Source: Flavobacteriales bacterium (GTDB lineage Bacteria; Bacteroidota; Bacteroidia; Flavobacteriales_F; PHOS-HE28). Taken from it: 64,000 nt of DNA. The notes beneath the pieces are model-generated. The model was not told the DNA's origin and ran no database searches. It saw only the letters and a list, made by a program, of their open reading frames with translations. A program made the position numbers and the translations under genes. The DNA lies in NCBI GenBank assembly GCA_023382455.1, contig JAHDVX010000012.1, forward strand, positions 44,519 through 108,518, read 5' to 3'. Position 1 is the stretch's first letter, and the number at the start of each line of letters is the position of its first letter. Of this stretch, positions 55,485 through 64,000 are shown one piece after another.

Positions 55485-57098
55485 TTACCGCAGAGGGTGA
55501 AGCCGGTAAACATTAACCCCATTTACTTCACCGATCAGGTCTTGCAGGTACGGACCGGTAACAGGGTCCCATGTCCATTTGGGGTCCACACAAAGGAAAT
55601 ATTTCGCGCCATTGGCGATCAACATGTCTATCCATCCGGGTTCATTCAGGTGGTTGCCATAATTATTCCATCCCCGATTTCCCATGAAAAGGAACGACGC
55701 GTTGATCGTCCAGTCGTCGGCAAAGATGACACGGTCGTCAGGCTGTATCCCCAACGCCCTCAACGCGGGTTGGATATGCACCACGGGTTCCAGGCTCCAA
55801 TAGTTCAATCCGTTCCAATGAGGCAGCTCCGCCTCATGGTATATGGGCCAAAGTTCCCCGGCACCCATGGTTCCCGAGGTATCGTAGCGCATCTCCAAGT
55901 TTTGTGCGGTGTAAGCCACGTTGTAAGCCAGTAATCCCGCCATGGCCAACCGGGCCCAACGGCCGTTCCAGATTTTCGGGTAGTTCCGCTTCAGTACCCA
56001 CAGAAAGCTCACCAGGAGCACCGCGAACGTGATCGTTGGGTTGATGAAGTAATAGTCGTGGTTGTTCAAGGCCGGGAACCAGAATAGGACGAACATCACC
56101 GTGCCCACGAACAATAAGGCATTCAAGACAACGACCTGCTTCGGTAACGCACGAACCTTGACCAACAAGGCTCCCAAGGCAACCGCGAACAGGGCCCAAA
56201 CCGAGGTGTCGAAGATCTGGAACACGACAATGTGTCGACCGATGTCCCACGCCTCCCTTCTTGCGGCGGGGTCCATGTCCCAGATAGGCCAGAGGTTGTT
56301 GAAGGTATACTTCCCGCCATGCTGGCCATTGTACCAGGCGGCGTATGCATACCACGCATATACGGCCAGGAACCCGATGGCCATCGTGGCCCATTCTCGC
56401 CGGCTTCCCTTGAACAAGGACCACTGTGCGGTTGCGTTCCCACGGTACAGCGTGCTTAAGGCCAGCAGCCCGGCCAAGGCGACCAAGCTCATGCCCGCCG
56501 TTACCTTCAACAACATGCCCAAGCTGAAGAAGAAAACGGCCCATGTCCAATACTTGTGCTGCCCCTCGGTGGCGTATCGGACGGTGTACCACCAACCGAT
56601 AAGCGCCAAGTCGAAGGCGGGGACGTCCGTAAGGAACCCGATCCCGAAATAGACGATCGCGGGCGAGGCGTAGAAGAGCAATGCGACGCAGATCGCCCAG
56701 AAAGCGCTTTGGAGGATCCTTTTCACGGAAGCGAACAGCGCGAGCGTGCCCAGGAAGTGCAACACAAAGCCGATCAGCCGATAGATGAACAGATCCGGCC
56801 CGGTGATGCGCCAGATCATGCCCACCAGGTAGTAGATCAGGGGAAATTCCCCGGCGGTCTTGCCGGTTGTATACCCGTCCGAAAAAAGATTGTGGATCGT
56901 CGGCTGGAAAAAGTTCCAGGTGCTGTCGTAATAGTTCCAGGCAAGCGAGATGCAATCAGCTTGGCGCCATAGATGATGGGGCTGGGGGAGCAGGTGCAAC
57001 ACGCGGCCCGCCTCGTATGCGGAGGACATGGCGATGAATAAGGCCACGAGCCACCACACTGTCTTGGACTGCGAGGTGGGCTTGCGGACCCGGTTCAT
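55485..57098 (-). CDS. ArnT/PMT (GT39/83)-like membrane glycosyltransferase
   Basis: HLWRQADC, GEFPLIYY, FLTDVPA, LLK, HDYYF; about 12 TM helices. Confidence 0.78.
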   Translation of the reverse strand: MNRVRKPTSQSKTVWWLVALFIAMSSAYEAGRVLHLLPQPHHLWRQADCISLAWNYYDSTWNFFQPTIHNLFSDGYTTGKTAGEFPLIYYLVGMIWRITGPDLFIYRLIGFVLHFLGTLALFASVKRILQSAFWAICVALLFYASPAIVYFGIGFLTDVPAFDLALIGWWYTVRYATEGQHKYWTWAVFFFSLGMLLKVTAGMSLVALAGLLALSTLYRGNATAQWSLFKGSRREWATMAIGFLAVYAWYAYAAWYNGQHGGKYTFNNLWPIWDMDPAARREAWDIGRHIVVFQIFDTSVWALFAVALGALLVKVRALPKQVVVLNALLFVGTVMFVLFWFPALNNHDYYFINPTITFAVLLVSFLWVLKRNYPKIWNGRWARLAMAGLLAYNVAYTAQNLEMRYDTSGTMGAGELWPIYHEAELPHWNGLNYWSLEPVVHIQPALRALGIQPDDRVIFADDWTINASFLFMGNRGWNNYGNHLNEPGWIDMLIANGAKYFLCVDPKWTWDPVTGPYLQDLIGEVNGVNVYRLHPLR

Positions 57099-57111
57099 GG
57101 CACCAGCCGGC

Positions 57112-57768
57112 TCACACCACCATCTCCTTCACCCCTTCCACCACCACCAGCCTCCCCTCCGTCTTGGCCTTCACCTCGTCCACGGTCACGCCGGGGGCGA
57201 GCTCCTTGAGCACGAAGGCGCCATCGGTGATGTCGAACATGCCCAAGTCGGTGAGGACACGTTTCACGCATCCCACACCGGTTAGCGGGAGGCTGCAGCG
57301 CTTCAGCAGCTTGCTGTCGCCGTGCTTGTTGGTGTGCATCATGCACACGATGATGTTCTGTGCGCTGGCCACCAGGTCCATGGCGCCGCCCATGCCCTTC
57401 ACCATCTTGCCGGGGATCTTCCAGCTGGCGATGTCGCCGTTCTCGGCCACCTCCATGGCGCCCAGCACGGTGAGGTCCACCTTTTGTCCGCGGATCATGG
57501 CGAAGCTGGTGGCGCTGTCGAAGATGGCCGCCCCGGCCTTCAGGGTCACGGTCTGCTTGCCTGCGTTGATCAGGTCGGCGTCTTCCTCGCCGTCGTACGG
57601 GAACTCGCCCATGCCCAGGATGCCGTTCTCGCTTTGCAGCGTCACGTCCATGCCCGGTGGGATGTGGTTGGCCACCAAGGTGGGTATGCCGATGCCGAGG
57701 TTCACGTAGAAGCCGTCCTGCAGTTCACGCGCGATGCGCTTCGCCATTTGGTTCTTGTCCAAAGCCAT
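57112..57768 (-). CDS. scoB: 3-oxoacid CoA-transferase subunit B
   Basis: VNLGIGIPT, QSENG, DLINAGK, GMGGAMDL. Confidence 0.95.
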   Translation of the reverse strand: MALDKNQMAKRIARELQDGFYVNLGIGIPTLVANHIPPGMDVTLQSENGILGMGEFPYDGEEDADLINAGKQTVTLKAGAAIFDSATSFAMIRGQKVDLTVLGAMEVAENGDIASWKIPGKMVKGMGGAMDLVASAQNIIVCMMHTNKHGDSKLLKRCSLPLTGVGCVKRVLTDLGMFDITDGAFVLKELAPGVTVDEVKAKTEGRLVVVEGVKEMVV

Positions 57769-57786
57769 GGTCCGGGGTCGTCTGGT

Positions 57787-59586
57787 TCAAGGTTTGTGTC
57801 CTTCCTTCCAAGGGCGGACAAGATACACCCGGAGCCTTCCCTCGCTGGTGTATGACTGGTGTAGCTGGTTCCACAGGTAGGCCACCACCTCCCCGGCATC
57901 GGAAGGCACCTCGGGTATGCGGCGCACCCCTTGGAGGCCAATGCCGCGGCCCGGGTCGCGAAGGAATTGGATGAGCATGAAATCGCGGTGAGGCGGCAAG
58001 CCGGCTGCGATCGTTTCCACCACTATGACGCCGGTCATGGGCTCGTGTTCCGGCTTCAACGCGAGGTCCAGCTCGATCCGGTAGGCATTCCCCTTCATGG
58101 CATCCGTGGGCGGGCGCCAGAGTTCGCGCAACTCGGCATTGCCGTGCACGGGTGGCAGGATGCTGTCCAGTACCAAGGTGGAGGTCTCGGCTTGCGTTCG
58201 CCCGTACAAGGCTGCCCGCTCCGTGCCGGCCAAGGCCAGTAACCGGTAACCCGGCGGCACTTCGGACCGTTGCGGGTCCAGCAGGAGCAGGTCACCGCCG
58301 CCAAGGGGCCATTGGGTGATGTCCACGGCGTTCAACCGCAAGCCGTGCTCGCGCTGGCCGAAGCCCCAGCAGGCGATCATTTGGTGGTAGCCGCCGATGG
58401 TGGGAAGGCTGGCGGTCCGGTTTTTCCAGTCGTTCGCGGCCCGGTACAGGGGGGCGGGAATGGCCTGCTCGGGCCAGTACATGGTGGCGTTCAGGTTGGC
58501 CGTGGCTACGGCGTGCACGGGCAGGGCCAGCAGGGGAAGCGCGGCCCACTGCCAACGTTGCCGGGCCTGGGCCACCCGTTCCACCGCGAAGGCGAACAGG
58601 AGCAGGAACGGGGTCACCCAGTGCAGCACGGTGCGGTCCTCGGGGAAGGGTGTGCCCTTCCAATGGTGCAGCACCACGCGGGCCAGGCCATCGGCCCAAA
58701 GGAGGCCGGCGCACAGCACCGGGACCCACGCGTGCATGCCGCGCGGCGCGGTGCGGAAGGCTGCCGCGGCCACGGCGGTGCAGGCGATGAGCACCAGCAG
58801 GACCAGCAGGGGTGCGGCCGGGGCATCGGTGCCCGCGATCAGTGGCATCAAGGAAGCCACGGATCCGCGGACCACCCCCAAGGTGTTGCCGTAATACAGG
58901 CAGTCGCTGCGGGACAGCCACTCGGCGGTGGCCACGGCGGCCAGGAAAGGCATGGCACCCAGGGCGACCCAAAGGCCGGCCTGCCGGATCGCAGCCTTGG
59001 TGGGAAGCAGGCGCCAAGGCGAACACGCGGCCGTGAAGGCGAGGACCGCGGCCCAGGCGACCAGCAGGTTCAGGGAGGCCCAACCGGCGCAGGCCATGGC
59101 CAGCAGGGTGATGGCCAGCCCCTTGTTGCCCGGCCTCACCGACCAAGTGGAAAGATGGTACAGCGCCATGCACCAGAAGGCCATGGCCAGGCCGTAGCCG
59201 CGGAAGAGCGAGAAGAAGTCCAGCAGGAACGGGGTGAGCAGCAGGGCGGCCCACAGGCAGCGGCGTACGGGGCCGTGCCGCAGGTGCGTTCCCCATTTCC
59301 AGACGTGGAAGGCATAAAGGGGGAAGGCCAGGAGGGAAGGCAGGCGCAAGGCCCATGCGTGCATGCCGAACAGTTTCCAGCCGAGCCAGCCCAGGGCCGT
59401 TGCCAGCACGTGGTTGCCGGCGTCGGGCGGCGCCAGGAAGGGCAGGAAGTCCGAGGTTTCCACAAAGCGGAAGAAGGCCATGGCCTCATCGTGCACCACG
59501 GGCACCAGCACGGTACGTGCCGCCGCGTAGGCGAAGACCACGGTGGAAAGGGCGATGAACACCACGCGCTCCGCCCGGGCATCCAT
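57787..59586 (-). CDS. GT-C-like membrane protein with C-terminal soluble domain
   Basis: VHDEA first-loop motif, AGNHVL, ALRLPS, FSLFRGYGL. Confidence 0.75.
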   Translation of the reverse strand: MDARAERVVFIALSTVVFAYAAARTVLVPVVHDEAMAFFRFVETSDFLPFLAPPDAGNHVLATALGWLGWKLFGMHAWALRLPSLLAFPLYAFHVWKWGTHLRHGPVRRCLWAALLLTPFLLDFFSLFRGYGLAMAFWCMALYHLSTWSVRPGNKGLAITLLAMACAGWASLNLLVAWAAVLAFTAACSPWRLLPTKAAIRQAGLWVALGAMPFLAAVATAEWLSRSDCLYYGNTLGVVRGSVASLMPLIAGTDAPAAPLLVLLVLIACTAVAAAAFRTAPRGMHAWVPVLCAGLLWADGLARVVLHHWKGTPFPEDRTVLHWVTPFLLLFAFAVERVAQARQRWQWAALPLLALPVHAVATANLNATMYWPEQAIPAPLYRAANDWKNRTASLPTIGGYHQMIACWGFGQREHGLRLNAVDITQWPLGGGDLLLLDPQRSEVPPGYRLLALAGTERAALYGRTQAETSTLVLDSILPPVHGNAELRELWRPPTDAMKGNAYRIELDLALKPEHEPMTGVIVVETIAAGLPPHRDFMLIQFLRDPGRGIGLQGVRRIPEVPSDAGEVVAYLWNQLHQSYTSEGRLRVYLVRPWKEGHKP

Positions 59587-59591
59587 GCGGT

Positions 59592-60290
59592 TCAGGAGCG
59601 TTGCCGCACGGTGCGCTGCTCGATGCGTTTCTCGTACTTCTCCCCTTGGAAGATGCGGTGCACGAAAATGCCCGGCGTGTGGATCTGGTCGGGATCGAGC
59701 TCGCCGGGTTGCACCAGGTGTTCCACTTCGGCGATGGTGATGTTGCCGGCCATGGCCATCATGGGGTTGAAGTTGCGCGCCGTATGGCGGTACACCAGGT
59801 TGCCGTTGGTATCGCCCTTCCAGGCCTTCACCAGGCTGAAGTCGGCGCGCAGCCAGTGCTCCATCACGTACATCTTGCCATCGAACTCGCGGGTTTCCTT
59901 GCCCTCGGCCACCTCGGTGCCGTAGCCTGTGGGGGTGAAGAAGGCCGGAATGCCCGCGCCGCCCGCACGGCAGCGCTCGGCGAGGGTGCCTTGCGGGGTG
60001 AGGTCCACCTCCAGCTCGCCGGAAAGCAGTTGCCGCTCAAACTCCGCGTTCTCCCCCACGTAGCTGGCGATCATCTTCTTGATCTGCCGCTGCTTCAGGA
60101 GAAGCCCCAGCCCGAAGTCGTCCACCCCCGCATTGTTGCTGATGCAGGTGAGGCCTTTCACGCCGCTGCGCACCAGGGCTGCGATCAGGTTCTCGGGGAT
60201 GCCGCAGAGGCCGAAGCCGCCCACCATCAATGTCATGCCGTCGCGGAGGCCTTCCAGGGCCGCGTCCGCGTTGCTTACCACCTTGTTCAT
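59592..60290 (-). CDS. scoA: 3-oxoacid CoA-transferase subunit A
   Basis: [29 protein letters not shown]. Confidence 0.95.
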   Translation of the reverse strand: MNKVVSNADAALEGLRDGMTLMVGGFGLCGIPENLIAALVRSGVKGLTCISNNAGVDDFGLGLLLKQRQIKKMIASYVGENAEFERQLLSGELEVDLTPQGTLAERCRAGGAGIPAFFTPTGYGTEVAEGKETREFDGKMYVMEHWLRADFSLVKAWKGDTNGNLVYRHTARNFNPMMAMAGNITIAEVEHLVQPGELDPDQIHTPGIFVHRIFQGEKYEKRIEQRTVRQRS

Positions 60291-60327
60291 CTCTTTCCGA
60301 CGTATGCGGCGAAGATACTCTAGGCTT

Positions 60328-60577
60328 GCAGGCTCGCTCTTCCTTGGTACTACGGACGGACACTGGCCTTGCTTCGCCGAAGGCTTCGCGAAGGCGCAGT
60401 GGACACGGATGCTGCTTCGGAAGGGAATTGGACCTTTGGTGAATTGCTTTCACCGATCCAGCGGATGGCACCGATAAGGGAAAGTCTCGCAGGCTCGCTG
60501 GGGGTTGTAACCACGGATAGACACCGATGAACACGGATGGTGCTGCGGGTGCGTATTGGCTCTTTGGCGAATTGCTT
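60328..60577. repeat. Diverged tandem duplication carrying ACACGGAT repeats, first copy interrupted by a ~33-bp REP-like hairpin
   Basis: Units at 60328-60449 and 60489-60577; insert at about 60366-60398. Confidence 0.7.
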
Positions 60578-60623
60578 CATGTGCACTTTGGCCGCTAGTC
60601 TTTTTGGCCAATTGATACTTCCC

Positions 60624-61643
60624 TCATCGCCACTGCACCGCCACCTTGCCGATGCTTTTCCCCGATCCGAGCAGTTTCAGGGCTTGCGGCAATTGGTCCG
60701 CGGTGAAGGGCGGATGCACGCGCGGCTTCAATGAGCCGGTCCGCAAGGCCCCGAGGGCTTCCCGCATGCACGTGGCCACCAGCTGGGGCTTGCGTTCGCT
60801 GAGGCGAAGCATGTTCACACCGATCAGGCTTTTGCTTTTCATCATCAGGAAGATGGGCACCACGAGGCCCATGTTCCACACGAAGCGCAGCGTGCCGAAG
60901 GTGCCGCCTGCGCCGCGTTCCGCGCCGCCGAAGAGCACGAGCCTGCCGCCGCTGCCCAGCAGCCGCAGGTCCTTCTTGAAGGTGGTGCCGCCCACCGCAT
61001 TGAAGCTCACGTCCAGGCGTGCACCGCCGAGCAGCCGTTGCACCTGCTCCGCATAGTCGCCTTTGGTGCGGTCAATGGCATGCTGCACACCGAGCTGTTT
61101 CAAGTAGGCAAGCTTTTCCGCTCCCCCGGCCACGGCGAAGACCTCGCAACCCGCCTGGGCCGCGAGCTGCACCAGCAACTGTCCCACGCCGCCAGCGGCG
61201 CTGTGCACCAGTACGCGGTCGCCGCGTTCCGGGCGGGTGATCCAGCGGGCCATGTACCAGGCGGTGGCACCTTGCGTGGCCATGGCCAGCGCGGCGCCGA
61301 GGGGCATGTCGTCGGGGATCTCGGCCACGGCGCGGTGGTCCGTGCAGGCCAGTTGGGCATAGCCGCCGAAGCGGGTGAAGGCCAGTACGCGCTTGCCCAA
61401 GAACTCCTTCGGCACGCCTTCTCCAAGGCCCTCTACACGGCCCACCACCTCGTAGCCGAGCACGCACGGCGGCTTGGGCGCATCGCGGTACAGGCCCTTC
61501 ACGGCCATGGTATCCGCGTAGTTCAGTCCGAAGGCTTCGCTGCGGATCAGCACCTCCTGTTCGCCCGGCATGGGGTCCGGCAGTTCGCGTAGCACCAGGG
61601 CCTTCGCAGCATCACCGGTGGAGATCTGTTGCCAGGCTTTCAT
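60624..61643 (-). CDS. MDR-family NADPH:quinone oxidoreductase (VAT-1-like)
   Basis: GLNYAD, GYEVVG, TRFGGYA, HSAAGGVG, SIGKV. Confidence 0.9.
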   Translation of the reverse strand: MKAWQQISTGDAAKALVLRELPDPMPGEQEVLIRSEAFGLNYADTMAVKGLYRDAPKPPCVLGYEVVGRVEGLGEGVPKEFLGKRVLAFTRFGGYAQLACTDHRAVAEIPDDMPLGAALAMATQGATAWYMARWITRPERGDRVLVHSAAGGVGQLLVQLAAQAGCEVFAVAGGAEKLAYLKQLGVQHAIDRTKGDYAEQVQRLLGGARLDVSFNAVGGTTFKKDLRLLGSGGRLVLFGGAERGAGGTFGTLRFVWNMGLVVPIFLMMKSKSLIGVNMLRLSERKPQLVATCMREALGALRTGSLKPRVHPPFTADQLPQALKLLGSGKSIGKVAVQWR

Positions 61644-61667
61644 GGGGAAAAGGGTTTGCCGGGTTGA

Positions 61668-62000
61668 TCAACGAAGGATCAACAATCCTGTGGATGCATC
61701 CCTGTCAAAGGCCTCAAGGGTTTCCATATTCCCCAAGATGATGTCCAACCATTCCGCCGTGGTATGGTTGTCCATGGACAAAACAACCACCTTGGGTGGC
61801 ATGCCGTGCAGCACGCTCATTTCCACGAAATCGTCATCCTGTGTCAGGATGGTAAACCCTTCGCTTTTAGCGATCTCCCAGATCTTGCTATCCGGCCGGG
61901 AGGTCAACTGCAATGGTTTCACATGGGTTGTATCGGGAAACGCATGATCGAGGTGCCTGACCAGCTTGTCCGACAAGTTCTCGCCGATCAGGAACTTCAT
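61668..62000 (-). CDS. DUF5615 PIN-like (Mut7-C) toxin
   Basis: MKFLIGENLS, D..IW, ILTQDDDF, PPKVV. Confidence 0.85.
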   Translation of the reverse strand: MKFLIGENLSDKLVRHLDHAFPDTTHVKPLQLTSRPDSKIWEIAKSEGFTILTQDDDFVEMSVLHGMPPKVVVLSMDNHTTAEWLDIILGNMETLEAFDRDASTGLLILR

Positions 62001-62227
62001 GCCGCTGAAGGCACAATGCTGGTGTGGCGTTCGCGATCAGCCGCATACGCCAAGCAGGCACGGATATCCTCCTCCGTCAGCTCATCAAAATCCGCGAGGA
62101 TCTCCTGAATGCCCATGCCGCTTGCCAGATAGCCCAGCACATCGCCCACAGTGATGCGCAGGCCACGAATGCACGGTTTGCCGCTGCGCTTCCCGGGTTC
62201 AATGGTGATGATCTTGCGGTAGTCCAT
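61997..62227 (-). CDS. DUF433 antitoxin
   Basis: GKRSGKPCIRGLRITV, EILADF..LT.EDIRACLAYA; 4-bp overlap with the toxin gene. Confidence 0.92.
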   Translation of the reverse strand: MDYRKIITIEPGKRSGKPCIRGLRITVGDVLGYLASGMGIQEILADFDELTEEDIRACLAYAADRERHTSIVPSAA

Positions 62228-62243
62228 GATTGTTGAAGTGAAT

Positions 62244-62251
62244 CAAAGTTA
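62244..62251 (-). promoter_or_regulatory. -7 promoter element (TAACTTTG) for the TA pair
   Basis: caaagtta on the + strand, 17 bp upstream of the DUF433 ATG. Confidence 0.6.
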
Positions 62252-62382
62252 GGCCATTCCAATATAGCGGATACATCCGTGGAGGGCTTGGAGTGTGGTA
62301 AGGTGCACGGGTTGATCAAGGCGTTACGCACGAGGAGTCGTACTGCAACGCGCAATAAGCATAGGACCCAAGACAGCCACCC

Positions 62383-62964
62383 TCACGGCCCCTGCACCCT
62401 CCCTTCCTCCACCGCCACGATGTAATCCACCACTTCCTGGCGGATCCTGTCCATGTCGGCGTTCTCGCCGATGCGCTCCAGCAGGGTGGCATAGGCGGGC
62501 CATTCCTGGCGGAACTTGCCTGATGGTGTGCGGTTATCGCCAGGCTTGAAGACGGCCGGCACGATCTCACCGTGCAGGTCGTGGCTGAGGTAGGATGGAA
62601 GGCCGTACCCGAAGGTGGCGGCTTCCAGGCTGTCGTGCTGCATGTGCAGATGGGCGAAACCGTTCTCCCAGTAGTAGATCGGTCCTTGCGCCATCAACCG
62701 GACGGGCAGGAAGCCGTGCTGCTCGATGCGGTACAGCGCGCCACGGTTCATAAAGCCCCACACCTTGCGTGTCGGCACGCGCACCAGCGCTTCGCCTTCC
62801 CGGTACGTCACCACGAAGCGGCCGAAATGCGGCTCCACGTTGAAGAGCCCCTTCACCTCCTGGCCACGGTGTTCCGCATACTCTTCATAGCTCTGGTATA
62901 GCGCGTTCTGCGCCATGATTCCCACCGCGGACAGCGAGAGGAGCGTGGCGATGAGCGTGCGCAT
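62383..62964 (-). CDS. Secreted hypothetical protein
   Basis: Signal peptide MRTLIATLLSLSAVGIMAQ; host codon usage. Confidence 0.75.
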   Translation of the reverse strand: MRTLIATLLSLSAVGIMAQNALYQSYEEYAEHRGQEVKGLFNVEPHFGRFVVTYREGEALVRVPTRKVWGFMNRGALYRIEQHGFLPVRLMAQGPIYYWENGFAHLHMQHDSLEAATFGYGLPSYLSHDLHGEIVPAVFKPGDNRTPSGKFRQEWPAYATLLERIGENADMDRIRQEVVDYIVAVEEGRVQGP

Positions 62965-63060
62965 GGCTTGAAGCGATGAAGCAAGGTAGCAGCACCTGGG
63001 CCTTTCCCCAGCGATGGTTCAAGGGAATTGTGCACAGGGTGCGGCGGGTTAACACAGGAC

Positions 63061-63744
63061 CTACTCCTTCCCGCCCACGCACAGCACGAATTCCCCTTTC
63101 GGCGCATGCTGCTCCACATGTGCAGTCAGTTCGGCCAAGGTGCCGCGCAGCGTTTCCTCGTGCAACTTGGTGAGCTCCCGCGAGAGGCTGGCCGGGCGTT
63201 CCGGTCCGAAGGCTTCGGCCAATTCGCCCAAGGTGCGTGCGATGCGGTGCGGGCTTTCGTAGAAGACCATGGTGCGCCGCTCAGAGGCCAGCTCGGCGAT
63301 GCGCGTGCGGCGGCCCTTCTTCACCGGCAGGAAGCCCTCGAACGTGAAGCGGTCACACGGCAGGCCGCTGTTCACCAGCGCGGGCACGAAGGCCGTGGCA
63401 CCGGGCAATGTTTCCACGGCAATGCCGGCCTGCACCGCAGCGCGCACCAGCAGGAAGCCGGGGTCGCTGATGCCCGGCGTGCCCGCATCGGTGACCAGCG
63501 CGAAGCGCTCACCGGCCTGCATGCGCCGCACCAGGCCCTCCGTCACCTTGTGCTCATTGTGGATGTGGAAGGCAATGAAGCGCTGCTCAATGCCGTAATG
63601 CTGCAACAGGCGGCCGCTGGTGCGCGTGTCCTCGGCGATCACCGCATCGGCCTCGGTAAGGATGCGCTTGGCCCGAAGCGAGATGTCCTCCAGGTTGCCG
63701 ATAGGCGTGGGGACAAGCCAAAGGCGGCCTTCAACTTCGCTCAT
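63061..63744 (-). CDS. rsmI: 16S rRNA (cytidine1402-2'-O)-methyltransferase
   Basis: VPTPIGNLED, AEDTR, DAGTPGISDPG, YESPHR, RELTKLHEE, KGE. Confidence 0.96.
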   Translation of the reverse strand: MSEVEGRLWLVPTPIGNLEDISLRAKRILTEADAVIAEDTRTSGRLLQHYGIEQRFIAFHIHNEHKVTEGLVRRMQAGERFALVTDAGTPGISDPGFLLVRAAVQAGIAVETLPGATAFVPALVNSGLPCDRFTFEGFLPVKKGRRTRIAELASERRTMVFYESPHRIARTLGELAEAFGPERPASLSRELTKLHEETLRGTLAELTAHVEQHAPKGEFVLCVGGKE

Positions 63745-64000
63745 TTCAGTGGGCCGATCAGCGCCACCAATGTCCGGTACAGCTCGTCGAACTTGGTGAG
63801 GGGCAGCGTCTCCGCGCGATCATGCACGTCGTGGTACCAGCTTACACCGCCCATGGTGTAGATGAAGATGGCGGGGATGCCTTTCTCCACGAAGGGGCAG
63901 TGGTCGCTGTTGCAGGCCGGGCCGCGCGCCTTCACCTGCGGCAGGGCCTGGGTCTTGGTGTTGATGGCCACCAGTTTGTCGAAGACCTCTTTCTGCTGGG
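63741..64000 (-). CDS. M28 family peptidase, C-terminal part (5' end outside window)
   Basis: NSDHCPF..KGIPAIF and YHDVHD motifs. Confidence 0.8.
   Translation of the reverse strand, partial: QQKEVFDKLVAINTKTQALPQVKARGPACNSDHCPFVEKGIPAIFIYTMGGVSWYHDVHDRAETLPLTKFDELYRTLVALIGPLK

Overview
High-GC (~65%) Bacteroidota chromosome segment, most likely Flavobacteriales-like. This is supported by TAnnTTTG -7 promoter boxes, several T9SS-type secreted proteins and an exbB-exbD-exbD-tonB-pstS-TPR operon. The first 8.9 kb is one giant minus-strand secreted protein that the ORF track misses because it has no stop in the window: an IgGFc-binding-like N-terminal domain followed by about 28 Cys-containing 88-aa repeats arranged in 3-unit and 6-unit higher-order blocks. 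Housekeeping genes include enoyl-CoA hydratase, PGI/PMI, ALDH, uvrC, lpxD, lipB, scoA/scoB and rsmI. The accessory features of most interest are (i) a non-coding element at 19.7-20.1 kb with 27-bp terminal inverted repeats enclosing a 144-bp tandem duplication, (ii) an NgoMIV-type C5 methyltransferase coupled to a KpnI-like wHTH-HNH nuclease, (iii) a 13.5-kb cluster of GT-C-like membrane glycosyltransferases with a GT2::GT-C fusion and a GH16-motif lipoprotein, one member of which splits scoA from scoB, (iv) nested REP-like repeats, and (v) a DUF433/DUF5615 toxin-antitoxin pair. No rRNA, tRNA, CRISPR array or transposase was seen. Family assignments come from motif recognition by eye, not from database searches.
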